A DNA stretch of 64,000 bases from Octopus vulgaris (taxonomy: Eukaryota). Within the stretch, counting starts at the first letter, position 1. Every line of letters starts with the position of its first letter. Location of the stretch: contig OX597838.1 in the NCBI GenBank assembly GCA_951406725.2, positions 7,254,001 through 7,318,000 of the forward strand, given 5' to 3'. Positions 1 through 12,212 of this stretch are shown here, piece by piece. Under the pieces are notes generated by a model. The model did no database searches, was not told where the DNA came from, and worked only from the letters and a program-made list of their open reading frames with translations. Made by a program: the position numbers and the translations under genes.

Positions 1-14
1 ACAAAGATATATAT

Positions 15-476
15 ATATTCATATAAAGTACGGTGTACATTTAAACACATTAAGATGTTTCCATCATAGAAATCCTTTACGCTAGAAAGAACAGCTAAAG
101 TCCAAACCACTAATTAGGGATAAATTCTCGAAAGGAATGAAAAATAGAGACGTTTACCATCTCTTTCCTGCACCATGGTTTCTGACTTATTTTAGTAAAT
201 AAAATAATTTACCAGGCGAAGTCTTCATCAACAGGAACGCCAAAGGTAAAATATATAAACAACGAGGCCAATCCAGCATCAGCCTCTGGCTTATATAAAA
301 TAAGTCAGAAACCATGATCCAGGGAAGAGATGGTAACTGTTTTTATTTTTCATTCCCTTCGAGAATTTATCCCTAATTAGTGGTTTAGATTTTAGCTCTC
401 GTTTCTAGCGCAAAGGATTCCTATGATGGAAACCTCTTAATGTGTTTAAATGTACACAGTATTTTATATGAATAAT
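15..476. repeat. Long inverted repeat / foldback (two ~180-bp arms, ~100-bp spacer)
   Basis: Arm ~15-193 (tattcatataaagtacggtgtacatttaaacacattaaga...ccatggtttctgacttatttta) is the reverse complement of ~296-476 with scattered mismatches. Confidence 0.9.
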
Positions 477-631
477 ACATAGTCTATTGACTAATTTTTC
501 TATATGCAAGGCCACCGGCAGTATAAATTGTGTAAAATCCATATTACCCTGATATTATTAATTATATATAAATATGAATATAAATATAAATATATTCAAC
601 TGGCATATATATGTATATATATATATATATA

Positions 632-843
632 ACGGGAAGCTTTATGAAAATAGACAAAAGACGAAGGCAGGTGGGAAACAAACAAACAATTGTATTAGTA
701 TGGCGCTCAGGAAATATAAATAAAACAAGTCTTTAACGTTTCGAGCCTACGCTCTTCAACAGAAAGATACACAGAGAGAAAAAAAAAAACACAGAAAGAA
801 GGAAAGAAAAAAAATGTGTGCAGTAACTAACGAATCAACATGG
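632..843 (-). mobile_element. Short dispersed element with hammerhead-like motif (Penelope/retrozyme-like), copy 1
   Basis: Reverse complement reads tcttt-CTGTTGA-A-GAGC-gtag-GCTC-GAAACGTT-aaaga. Flanks match copies at 3241, 33790 and 51220. The element abuts (TA)n. Confidence 0.75.
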
Positions 844-898
844 CGAACTGATTTCGGCCAGAGGTCAAAGATCAAACATGAGACTTTGATACTTTGAT

Positions 899-957
899 AG
901 GTTTCGGCCATTATTGGCCCAGGCCATGTCTAACTTAATAGCACCACCTGGTGCTAT

Positions 958-960
<3 letters not shown>
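899..960 (-). mobile_element. Extreme 3' tail of a CR1-group LINE (same family as 22001-22395)
   Basis: gtttcggcca...ggccatgtctaacttaata matches 22004-22045. Contains a perfect hairpin taatagcacc-acct-ggtgctatta. Confidence 0.65.
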
Positions 961-994
<34 letters not shown>

Positions 995-1442
995 AATATA
1001 CACATATACACATCTATATACCCGAAAAATAGAAATTCCTAAAATGTACTGCTGTTACCATTTCTAAAAATAAACGCTGAAAAATGGTTTGGCATCATTT
1101 CAAAGAATAGCCAAGCAACTACTACTCTTGTCCACAGGAATGTATATAAATGACAAAATGTAATCAGTCAACTACAGTCGAAGCATACATGTCACAATTT
1201 GAACCAGATGAATGCAAGAAAGTATACTAGTTCAATGAGAATAGACATTTAATATTTAATTTTCAATATTTCATTTGTCCAATAAGACAATCAATATTTC
1301 ATTTCATTTCTTTGTTACTATATATTCTATATACAATATCCTATATTAATATTATAAAAATATAAATAAAACATAAAAAACAGAGTTGGAATTCCTTTGA
1401 CTAATATATATATATATATATATATATATTATTTTTTTTTTT

Positions 1443-1650
1443 TTGTACTTGTTTCAGTCATTTGACTGCGGCCATGCTGGAGCACCGCCTTTTGTGTACA
1501 GCAGGGATCACCACCTCCTGCCGGAGACTCGTGGAGCTTTTAGGTGTTTTCGCTCAATAAACACACACAACGCCCGGTCTGGAAATCGAAACCGCGATCC
1601 TCCGACCGCAAGTCCGCTGCCCTAACCACTAGGCCATTGCGCCTCCACAT
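1443..1650 (-). mobile_element. SINE C 3' tail fused to a SINE B 5' half
   Basis: tacttgtttcagtcatttgactgcggccatgctggagcacc is the reverse complement of the family C tail. 1495-1648 is the reverse complement of the family B head (gtggaggcgcaatggcc...). Confidence 0.85.
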
Positions 1651-1823
1651 ATGTATATATATTCTTTTATTCTTTCAATCTTTTACCTCTTTCTGTCATT
1701 TGACCGCTGGAGGACATCTCTCAGTCGAAAAAAATGGACCCCCAAGACTAAGCGAGCAGGCCAACAGAAGAAAGAGTGAGAGTAAGCTGTGGCGAAAGAG
1801 TACATCAGGGATCGCCACACACC

Positions 1824-1920
<97 letters not shown>

Positions 1921-1974
1921 CTTCCTGAAGATTTCTCTTGAATGAAACAGTTCTAGTCCTGTAGAAGCTCCTTC

Positions 1975-2019
<45 letters not shown>

Positions 2020-3240
2020 ATAAGAAAAAAAAAATCTATCAGAATGGAACTCTATCTCTCTTAAAAACGTATCTTTTGATAAGCATAACAAATGCGCAAC
2101 CGGTAAAAAGAACTTTCATCTAATTAAATACACTCTCCCTTACTTAGATTATTTTGTCAGCATTTTCTTCATTTTCTTTTTTTATATATCACAACTCCTG
2201 TTCCACATCTTTTTTAAATATATATATATATACATATATACATATATATACATACATATATATATATATATATGTATGTATATATATATATATATATATA
2301 CACACAAATAGGTATTTATAATGGAACATACATAGGATTTAAATACGAGCAACTCTAAGTTTCATGTCTTTCATAATATGATGATCAGACAGGCTTGTAA
2401 GTGTATCGGGTATTATTGAGCAGTCTTTTACGCTAAATAAACACATGCACGCAAATATATACATACTTATATATTTTTTTTTTAAATTGGTAGACAGAAA
2501 CAAAGTGATTCATTATATCTACACAAGCATCACTAAATTCAACATTTGCTTGCGATATTTTTCTTCTTGATACACGTCTAATAATTTTCTTGTTGTGAAA
2601 TCTCGTGCTGCATAAAACAAGAAGATTCATAATCAGATTTGAGTCATGGACATCTAAATCAGAGCTGAAGATTGATTTTTTTTTTCTCTCCTTATTTTCT
2701 TTTTTCTTTGATAACGAGTTTCCTTTTTTGTTTTTTTTTTACTGTATTATTCTCCGCCATTAATCTTATAGAGGCTTTTCTTGTCAAAAACTTAGGCTGA
2801 CATATCAGTTTTGACTTTTTTTTTAATAAATTTGATATATTTTCCTCAGCAAAGTTTTCAGTTGCATCGTCTTTTATTTGTTGTTTCTAAGCATCTTTAA
2901 ATACAAAGTAATAAGTTGTCTCATTTGTTTTCTGACTTTTATCAAATAGACATACAACGGCTTTCTACTCTCATACACTGCCGGCATCTCTATATTTAGA
3001 GTAAATATAATCTGTATATTTACTCCTCTTCTATCTTTTACGTAATTGAGTAATTAGGTACGACCATACTGGAGTACTGTCGTGCATAGTATAGAAAAAA
3101 GAATGGCCTCCAGTAATTATTTAAAATTATGGTATTTATTATATTGAGGTCTTCTGTTGATCCGCTACGTTACGACGTAAAGAAAACAACACCGGTCGGT
3201 TAGCACCTGTGGTAGCAAACAAATACGAAATTCACACACC

Positions 3241-3432
3241 CATCATAGATCGTTAGCTACTACACACATTTTTTTCTCTCCTTGTTTCTCTCCTTGTTTT
3301 TTTCTGTGTATCTTTCTGTAGAAGAGCGTAGGCTCGAAACGTAAAATACTTTTTCTATTCCTGAGCGTTATACATCTGTTTGTTTGTACACCACCTGCCT
3401 TCGTCTTTTGTTTAATTTCGTAAACTTTCCCC
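3241..3432 (+). mobile_element. Hammerhead-like element, copy 2
   Basis: tcttt-CTGTAGA-A-GAGC-gtag-GCTC-GAAACGTA at 3311-3343. Shared tail ...gccttcgtcttttg...aaactttcccc, then (TA)n. Confidence 0.75.
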
Positions 3433-3455
3433 ATATATATATATGCATATATATG

Positions 3456-3528
<73 letters not shown>

Positions 3529-3559
3529 CTATATATGTATATGTATACATACACAGACA

Positions 3560-3624
<65 letters not shown>

Positions 3625-4554
3625 CCATTTTGATTTTGATTTTGTTTGGACAAGTTACAAAAGCAAAGGAAATGCTAATAAAGAATTATCTAAAATTTTG
3701 GCTGCCTCCTTTTTCTCAATATGCTGGCATTCTGATAGCTCATCGAAGCACGCCGTGCGAAATGCTGAGCAGAATTCCGTCTGTCTTTACATACAGAGCT
3801 CTTATTTTGCCTTTTATCCTCTTGGAGTCTATAAACTAAGAACCAGTTGCGTACAGATGGATGTTGGCTTGCTCGTCTAACCAGCGGCATGGATCATTCC
3901 AACGTTAAAACATTGCAAAGTGCATTGTGTTCAGTGATGTATAACGGCATCTAATACTCCGGTCACTCATTTCATTATGAATTGTTTTCAATATTCATTG
4001 AAGACACTTATGAATTTCATTTCTCAAACTGTCTTTCATTTCCTGATATTCTGCAGTGTTTCATATTAATTAATTCTTAATTACATGTCAGCGTTCAACC
4101 TAATTCTTTTATCTTTGTTTCTTTATCTCAGAAGAAAATTTCATTTTATTGTAATTAAATTTTCGCATTTAAATAGTGCCCGAAAGCATTTTAATTTTTT
4201 ACCTCAATAGAATTTTGTATCAATTCCTATCCTGAAGCCGTATACTTTCTGCAGCAGTGTTTTCAGTGTTTTTATCTTTTGAACTATGCTACTTAATTTA
4301 ATCTATATTCAAAACCGTGAATAAAGAAAACCACAAAATCCTTTCATTGTTATTCATTTATAACCAAGTGAAATGTATTTCGCTCTGTTTGTGTTGTTAG
4401 CTGGGTCTGATCGTAATCAAGTTGAAGGTGTTTGGTAGCCTTGTTATATGTTTCGAAACCCTATTAACTCACAATGAATAGAGTTAGGAACATATTAATG
4501 TAATTGCGTCATTGTATTGTTATTGTCCACTGGTGTTATTAATATGCTTGTAAA

Positions 4555-4750
4555 GGCGGCGAGCAGGCAGGATCGTTAGCACGCCGGGCAAAATACTTTG
4601 CGCTATATCGTCTGCCGCTATATTCTGAGTTTAGATTCCACCGAGGTTGACTTTGCTTCTTATGTTTTCGGGCTCGAACACATAAGTACCAGTTTCGCAC
4701 TGGGGTCGATGTAATCGGCTCAATCCCATCCTCCAGACTGCACTTGTGAC
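4555..4750 (+). mobile_element. tRNA-derived SINE family A (diverged)
   Basis: ggcggcgagcaggcaggatcgttagcacgccggg...gactttgc...aagtaccagtttcgcactggggtcgat matches the other family A copies. Confidence 0.85.
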
Positions 4751-4860
4751 AAAAATTTGGAATCGTTATTAATATGCGTGTGTTCTAGGTCTCCAATTTA
4801 GTTTACTGTCGTATACGACGGGTGATTGTTCCTGTTTTCTTCTTGTTCTTCCTCTCCTTG

Positions 4861-5103
4861 TTCTTCTTCTTCTTCTTCTTCTTCTTCTTCTTCTTCTTCT
4901 TCTTCTTCTTCTTCTTCTTCTTCTTCTTCTTCTTCTTCTTCTTCTTCTACTTCTACTTCTACTTCTTCTTCTACTTCTACTTCTTCTTCTTCTACTTCTA
5001 CTTCTTCTACTACTACTTCTTCTTCTTCTACTTCTTCTTCTTCTTCTTCTTCTACTTCTTCTTCTACTTCTACTTCTTCTACTTCTACTTCTTCTTCTAC
5101 TTC

Positions 5104-5135
<32 letters not shown>

Positions 5136-5178
5136 CTTCTTCTTCTTCTTCTTCTTCTTCTTCTTCTTCTTCTTCTTC
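4861..5178. repeat. (TTC)n/(TAC) compound microsatellite
   Basis: Direct reading. Confidence 0.98.
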
Positions 5179-5454
5179 CAGTCAGGACTCGCGCCATTAG
5201 CCACAAAGAATAATCTCTAATTCGAGCCTCCTCTAAGCTACTAAGAATGCGCGTGGCAACTTGAAGATCCACCCACCACATGCAATAGACTGGCATTGCA
5301 CGGGTGCGAAAGCTACGTTTTTATCCTCATTCTGTAAACGATGGCATTTAACGGGTGGAGAGCTGAACCATCCTGGGGTACAGAGGTTTCACTAGGGTCT
5401 GAAAGTTTAGCACACCATAGTGATTTACACCATGGGTTCTCTGCTTTGTGGCAG

Positions 5455-5628
5455 AAGTAGAACGAAAGAGTGAGAGAAAGTTGTGGTGAAAGAGTACAAC
5501 GGGGTTTATCCCCCCACCACCACCACCACCACCGCCAGTATCTCGTGGAGCTCAGGCGTTTTTGCTCAATAAATACTCACAATGCTCGGTCTGCGAATCG
5601 AAACCGCGTTCTTACGACTGCGAGGCCG
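5455..5628 (-). mobile_element. SINE B fragment (diverged)
   Basis: gagtgagagaaagttgtggtgaaagagtac...gctcaataaa...gaatcgaaaccgcg is the reverse complement of the family B head/body. Confidence 0.8.
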
Positions 5629-5670
5629 TGGTGATTGTGGTGGTGATGGTGATGGTGATGGTGTTGTGGA

Positions 5671-5701
<31 letters not shown>

Positions 5702-7690
5702 GGAAATAAGGCTAACATCTGCTGCGGCCGCGATGATAGCGTCAGACACGGTGGTGGTTGTGGTAGTGGTTTTTTTGGTGGTGGTGGTGGTGGTGGTGGT
5801 GGTGGTGGTGGTGGTGGTAGATCTAGTTCAGATGACGCTCATATATGATAGAAGCCCTGGTACACTTAGTCGTATGTCGAGTTCATTTGGCGGTGGTGGC
5901 GGTGTTGGCAGTGGTGGCGGTGGTGGCGGTGGTGGCGGTGTTGGCGGTGGTGGCGGTGGTAATTCTAGTGTTGTGGTTGTGGTGGTGATGGCTGTGGTGC
6001 CACTGGTGGTGATGGCATGGCGGAGGTGGTCGTGATTGTGACGGTAAAGCGCATGGTGGTGGTGGCGGTAGTGATGATGAGGATGATGTTGATAGTGGTG
6101 GCGGTGGTGGATTTGATTCTGGTTTGATATTAGAGGTGGTGATGGTGGTGGTGGAGGTGGTGGTGATAGTGGTGACGCTGATGGTGGTGGTTTTGGTTAT
6201 GACGTTGGTTGTGATGGTGGTGGTGGTTGGTGCGGCGGTGGTGCTGGTGCTGTTTGTGGTGGGGGTGGTAGTGTCTTCGGTGTGATGGTGGTGGAGGCGG
6301 TGGTAGTGTCTTCGGTGTGATGGTTGTGGTGGTGGTGGAGGTGTGGTCGAGGTGGTGGTGGTGATAGTGGTGGTTTTGGTTATGACGTTAGTAGTGGTAG
6401 TGATGGTGGTTGGTGCGGTGGTGGCGCTGGTGGTGGTGCTGTTGGTGGTGGTGGTGGTAGTGTCTTCGATGTGATGGTTGTGGTTGTGGTGGAGGTGGTG
6501 GTATTAGTGGTGACAGTGATGGTTGTGGTTGTGGTGGAGGTGGTGGTATTAGTGGTGACGGTGATGGTTGGGGTTTTGGTTATGACGTTGGTAGTGGTGG
6601 TGGTGGTGGTGGTGGTGGTGGTGGTTCGTGCGGTGGTGGTGGTTCGTGCGGTGGTGGTGGTGGTGCTGCTGCTGCTGCTGCTGTTGGTGGTGGTTGTGGT
6701 GGAGGTGGTGGTATTAGTGTTGGTGGTGGTTGTGGTGGTTTTGGTGGTGGTATTAGTGGTGATGGTGGTGGTGGTGGTGGTGGTTGTGGCGTTGATGTTA
6801 ATTCTGATAGGATTGAGGTTGAGCTTCGAATGTATTAAGATAAACAATTGTCGCTATTTACCCTGGCGGCACTCACGAGTGAAACATATTAAATCAATCA
6901 ATATAATTAGTGCACCTAATTAAAAAAAAAGACTGAAATTCTGTATGAACAAGTTTACCCAAGAGAGCGAGGTGGGGTGGGGGTGGGATGAGTGAAGTGG
7001 TGGTGATGGTGGTGGTGGTGGTGGTGGTGGTGGTGGACGTGTTGGCGGGTGGTGGTGGTGGTGGTGGTGGTGGTGGACGTGTAGGTACTGGTGCAGGTTG
7101 TAGGTGGTGGTGGTGGGTGGTAGTTGTGGTTGTGGTGGTGGTTGTGGTGGTGGTGGTGGTGGTGGTTGTGATGGTGGTGGTGGTGGTGGTGGTGGTGGTT
7201 GTGGTTGTGGTGGTTGTGGTTGTGGTGGTAGTGGTGGTGGTGTTTGTGGTGGTGGTGGTGGACGTGTTGGCGGCTTAGGTACTGGTGCAGGTTGTGGTGG
7301 TGGTGGTCGTCGTCGTCATGTTTGTGTTGTTGGTGTAGATGGTAGTGGTTGTAATGATGATGGTGTCGGTGATGTTGGATGTGAGGGGATCATGTTGGTG
7401 TGGTGGTCATAGTAGTCGTAGTTGTAGCACTGGTGGTGAAAGTGGAGCTGGTGTTTCGGCAATGAAGTTGTGGGGGTGGTGTTGGTGGTCGTGTGGACGG
7501 TGGTAATGATGGCGATGATGTTGTTGTTGTTGTTATTTGTGGCATGGAGGAAGTGGTTGTGTTTTTGTGACAATGACGCTAGTAGTGGTGGTGGTTGTGG
7601 TGGTGGCGGCGGCGTTTGTGGTGATGATGTTAATAATGGTGGTGCGAAGGTGGTGCTGATTCTGGTGTAAATGTTTGTGGTGGTGTGGTG
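5628..7690. repeat. ~2-kb degenerate (GGT)n/(GGC)n microsatellite field
   Basis: Direct reading. Short unique interruptions near 5700-5750, 5820-5890 and 6800-6970. Confidence 0.97.
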
Positions 7691-9209
7691 TCGGAGGTAG
7701 ATTTCAAAAACTTCCAGATTTCTAAAGTAATTCTTATAACCGTATTTCGAAAAGTGAAGTGGAAAACTTATGCTCTAGGCTCAGATTCTCCAATATTAAA
7801 CAAGGCGGAAATTCATCTAAAATTTTGCCAAGCATCCCCACCCCATCAGCACACACTGATGAACCACTATGCACACTCAGCAATTAAAGTCTCGTTCTTT
7901 CTTCTACGACAAAACAGAACTGCCCCACCACCAAAAAAACAAAAACAAACAAAAAAACAAATATATAAATCGAAATGTAAAAAGAACCCAACACTATGAT
8001 TTAACCATTTTAGAGCGGAAATCACATATTAGGTGTCAAATTTCTTTGATTAGAGAAAGTTGCTTTATAGATCACTGTCTATTTTGTTGAGAAACGTTGC
8101 TTTGGAAATCTGTGTTCCGTTGAGATATGGCAAATTTGCTAAAGCAACGTGACTTGTAAAAAATGTCAATTCTGCTTAGTTTAGATTCCTTATTTCTCTC
8201 TTTCTTTGCTAGATATTTACTAGTATTACCAAGATAAACGTGGCATTTGATAACCCAGTTAAAGGATTCCTTAGAACTATGTTCCTGTAGCGTCAAGAAT
8301 GCATGCGTTACATGGGAAGACAAATGTTTTTGGTATTTCGTTATTCCAGCGTTCTATGCGTGACATTCTTGTTTTGTGTTAAATCTGTATGAAGAGGTCA
8401 GAAATCAGCACCCCATGAAATTTAGGCTTGTCTTTCATGATACACACACATGGCTGTCTGATGCATCGTGATTTCGTGAAACTTAAATTAGCAGCATTGT
8501 CGAAAACTAAAGACTTATGTCATTACGAAAGCAAGAATGCATATATGTAAGCAATTACGAATGAATGTATTTATGTATACATATGTATTTACAAATATGC
8601 ATATCGATTTAAGATCTAAGCATGCATATAGACATACATACATACACACACACACAAACACACACGTACACACATATCTATATTCTTAAGTATACATATA
8701 TGTGTGTGGGTGTGTATGTGTATGGATGTGCCTACGTATATATGTATATATGTATAAATTATGCATATATATATATATATGTATAATACACGCATATTCA
8801 CCTTGTGAATGTTCTGTGCATAAATTTTTCAAGTGGGTGTATATATGTATGTATATATGAAGGCATACAGAACATTCAGATATACATACATTCACACACA
8901 CATAGATATATGCATATATATGCATTAATTATGTGTACATGTCTCTTTCTCTATATACGTATATATACATATATACATATACGTGTATATGTGTGTATAT
9001 ATGTATATATATATAGTATATATCTATATCTATATATAAATATGTTTGTATATTTGTATATATTTATAAATACAGACACACACACACACATATATACATA
9101 TGCCTCTGTGTGCCTACATAAATGTGTACGCTTGTGTGTGCGTGTGTGCGTGTGTGTGCCTGTGTTCATGTGTGTCTGTCTGTGTGTGTATGTGTGAGTA
9201 ATTGTTTAC

Positions 9210-9287
9210 CTCTATTTTAGTGACTTTCTTGAATCGATTCAAAGCGCCCTTAGCTAAAATTGAACTTAATTCTTTCATAACTCGCAG
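9210..9287 (-). CDS. Candidate 78-nt symmetric (phase 0-0) coding exon, LRVMKELSSILAKGALNRFKKVTKIE; product unknown
   Basis: Minus strand: ...gtatttttcttttcattcgttaaatttAG|ctg cga gtt atg aaa gaa ... aaa ata gag|GTAAAC. It is 26 codons with no stop and non-repetitive composition. The ATG at 9278 could alternatively be a start codon. Confidence 0.45.
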
Positions 9288-9699
9288 CTAAATTTAACGA
9301 ATGAAAAGAAAAATACAATAAACCAAATTATTATTATCGTTAATATTGCTTATTTATTTATATATTTATATATAAATTATTATCATGTTTTTGCTATTAG
9401 TATTGTTTTTTTTCTCTTGTTTTTTTTTATAAAAATGGTGTTGTTGATATTGTTATTTCTTGTAATTTTTATTGCATATGTTGATTTTTTTTTTTTAGTT
9501 TTTGTCTTGGGTTTGGATGAAAATAAATAATTTTTGTATGGAATAAGAAGAAAGAAAAAAAAAGGGGAAATATATTTTATTAAGAAGCTGAAAACGATGA
9601 GGACGACGACGACGTCCAAGGGGATGGGGAGAGGGTGACGGTGGGTGACGATACTGACGGCGCCGACATAGAAAACAAGTAAGAGGGTGATGAGGTCGA

Positions 9700-10215
9700 G
9701 GATATAGATGATGACAACGAAGATGATGACGACAATGATGATGATGATGATGATGATGTTGGTGGTAGTGGTGGTGGTGGTGGAGGCGGTTATGATGATG
9801 ATGATGATGATGGTAAAGGTTATGATGACGATGATTGTGGTTGGTGATGGTGAAGGTTATGGGGATGATGATGATGACGGTGATGTCGGTGATGATGATG
9901 ATGAGGAGGTGGAGAGGAGTAGGAGGATGCTGATGACGGTAGTGATGATGATGATGATTATGATGACTATGATGGTGAAATGATGACGATGATTATAATG
10001 GTGATGATGAGGATGATGTGGATCATGATGATGATGAGGAGGATAATGATGATGATGATGATGGTGGTAGTGATGGTGATTATGATAATGCTGATGAGGA
10101 GGTGGAAGCGGATCATTGCAGCGGCAATACTGATAATGATAATATTAACAGGATAATCAATATGATGATGATCATGACTCTCATCCTGATGGTGATGATC
10201 ATGATCATGAAGATA

Positions 10216-10255
<40 letters not shown>

Positions 10256-10260
10256 CGGTC
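9700..10260. repeat. (GAT)n/(GGT)n microsatellite field
   Basis: Direct reading. Confidence 0.97.
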
Positions 10261-10545
10261 CACGGTTATCAATAGACGCAGCAACAACAACCGCAACAAC
10301 TACAGTAACAATGTCAAAAAAAGAAACTTTTAAGAATTCATTTAGATTTTCCCGTCGATAAAATAATTTCAAAATTAAACGAAATACGAATTTGGAAAGT
10401 AAACATTTGTAATTTGTAATTTGCTATTAATTATTGGTTATTGATACATTCTTACACCCCTCCGTCATTCTTTCTCATTCTCTGTCTCTATCTTTTCCCA
10501 TGTCCCTTTTCATCCCTATTTATAAATACATATTTATATACATAT

Positions 10546-10788
10546 GTGGAGGCGCAATGGCCCAGTGGTTAGGGCAGCGGACTCGCGGTTTCGATTCCCA
10601 GACTGGGCGTTGTGAGTGTTTATTGAGCGAAGACACCTAAAAAATTGCTCCACTAGGCTCTGGCAGAGGGTGGCGGTGATCCCTGCTGTACTCTTTCGCC
10701 ACAACTTTCTCTCACACTTTCTTCTGTTGACCTGCTAGCTTAGCCAGCAGGGTGGTGTCACTTGAAGGCTAAAACAATGCTAAGCAGT
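10546..10788 (+). mobile_element. SINE B head with tail type 2
   Basis: tgtggaggcgcaatggcccagtggttagggcagcggactcgcgg (A box) and ggtttcgattccc (B box). Tail ...ttagccagcagggtggtgtcacttgaaggctaaaacaatgc. Confidence 0.9.
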
Positions 10789-10899
10789 TCAGATAAAGAT
10801 TTAAAAGACAAAGAAGAAAAAGAAAGAAAACAAAAGAGAGTCACAACAAAAGCGAAAGAAGAAAAAGGAAAACAGTTCAATAAAAAGAGTAACAAAAGA

Positions 10900-11440
10900 G
10901 ATTGAAGAAGGAAAGAAAACACAACAAGCACAATATCTCCCGGCCACTCGGTAATCCACGCCTATTTGGTAATCCAACTTGAACCCGGAACGCCACAACA
11001 TGGAACACAGCTTCCACAAAAACTGGTGAAAAAAGTTGTATATTCAGGGAATTCTCACAAGTTTTGAAAAAAAAAAAACTATTCACTAAATAGAACAAAT
11101 TTTTGGAAGCAAAATACGCCCCAAAAAACAATTCTCACAATTAAGTGAGAAAAACTATTCCATCAACTGTAGGCAGACCAGAGTCTAGAATCCAGTGAGG
11201 ACTTCTTGTTTGCACAAATAATTACGGCAAACAACAAACCACCACTTGAACACAAGAAAAAACAAAAGTTTATCCTTACAGTTGAGTTTCTTTTACAATC
11301 AATTTTCGCCCGCAGAAAAGCAGCGTGACGACTTCTATTCAGTGGTACGAACAACACTGACAACACGCATGAGCAGTGGGAAGCAAGCGTCTTACCACGT
11401 ACCCACTCCTTCGCCCCTTTTTCTCTCTCTCTCTCTCAAT
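10900..11440 (-). promoter_or_regulatory. Possible promoter / non-coding first-exon region
   Basis: Repeat-free, relatively CpG-rich island. Minus-strand Inr-like TCAGT at 11356-11360, (GA)n upstream and a donor-like ACT|GTAAGG near 11280. Motifs only, no transcript evidence. Confidence 0.25.
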
Positions 11441-11554
11441 AAAAATCGTTCCCTTATTTCTTACCAATTTATGCTTATCTGGCTCCCAGATACAACAAAA
11501 AATAAAGCTACTCCTTTGGGCCCCATTAAATGTTATGTCTTTGTACAATCGCCA

Positions 11555-11788
11555 CCGTCGTTGGCGTTGAGATCATCAGCATCGTCTACGTCACCATCGT
11601 CGACGTCGTCGTCGTCGTCGTCATCATAGTCGTCTTCATCATCGTCACCATCATCATCGTCGTCGTCGCTGCTGGCGGCGACGTCAGCGTCGTCTTGGTG
11701 TTTCATCATGATGTCCCTATTGCCGTCTTCACCATCGTTGTCGCCGTCGGCGACACCCTTTTCAACATCGTTGCAGTCATCCTCTTAC

Positions 11789-11821
<33 letters not shown>

Positions 11822-11890
11822 CCATCTTCGTCGTGGTTGTCATCATCGCATGCATATTAAAAATTATCATCATCGTCATCAACATCATCA
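11555..11890. repeat. (CAT)n/(CGT)n microsatellite field
   Basis: Direct reading. Confidence 0.95.
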
Positions 11891-12166
11891 GGAGCAAAGT
11901 CATGAGAGATAGCAATATATTTGCTATGATTAACATTGCCATCAGCATCAACGACAAGGCTACATAATGCAGTATTGTTATCGAAGTGTTTAAATATATT
12001 CGATCATTGAATACACATGATCGATTACTATACGTAACTATGCTTGCTTGACCACGTCTGTCAACGAATATTTTTGTGCTCACATCAAAAATATATAATG
12101 GCATAAATATGATAAATATGTGTGCGAATATATTTACATACATGCAGAAACACACCTATCTATATA

Positions 12167-12212
<46 letters not shown>

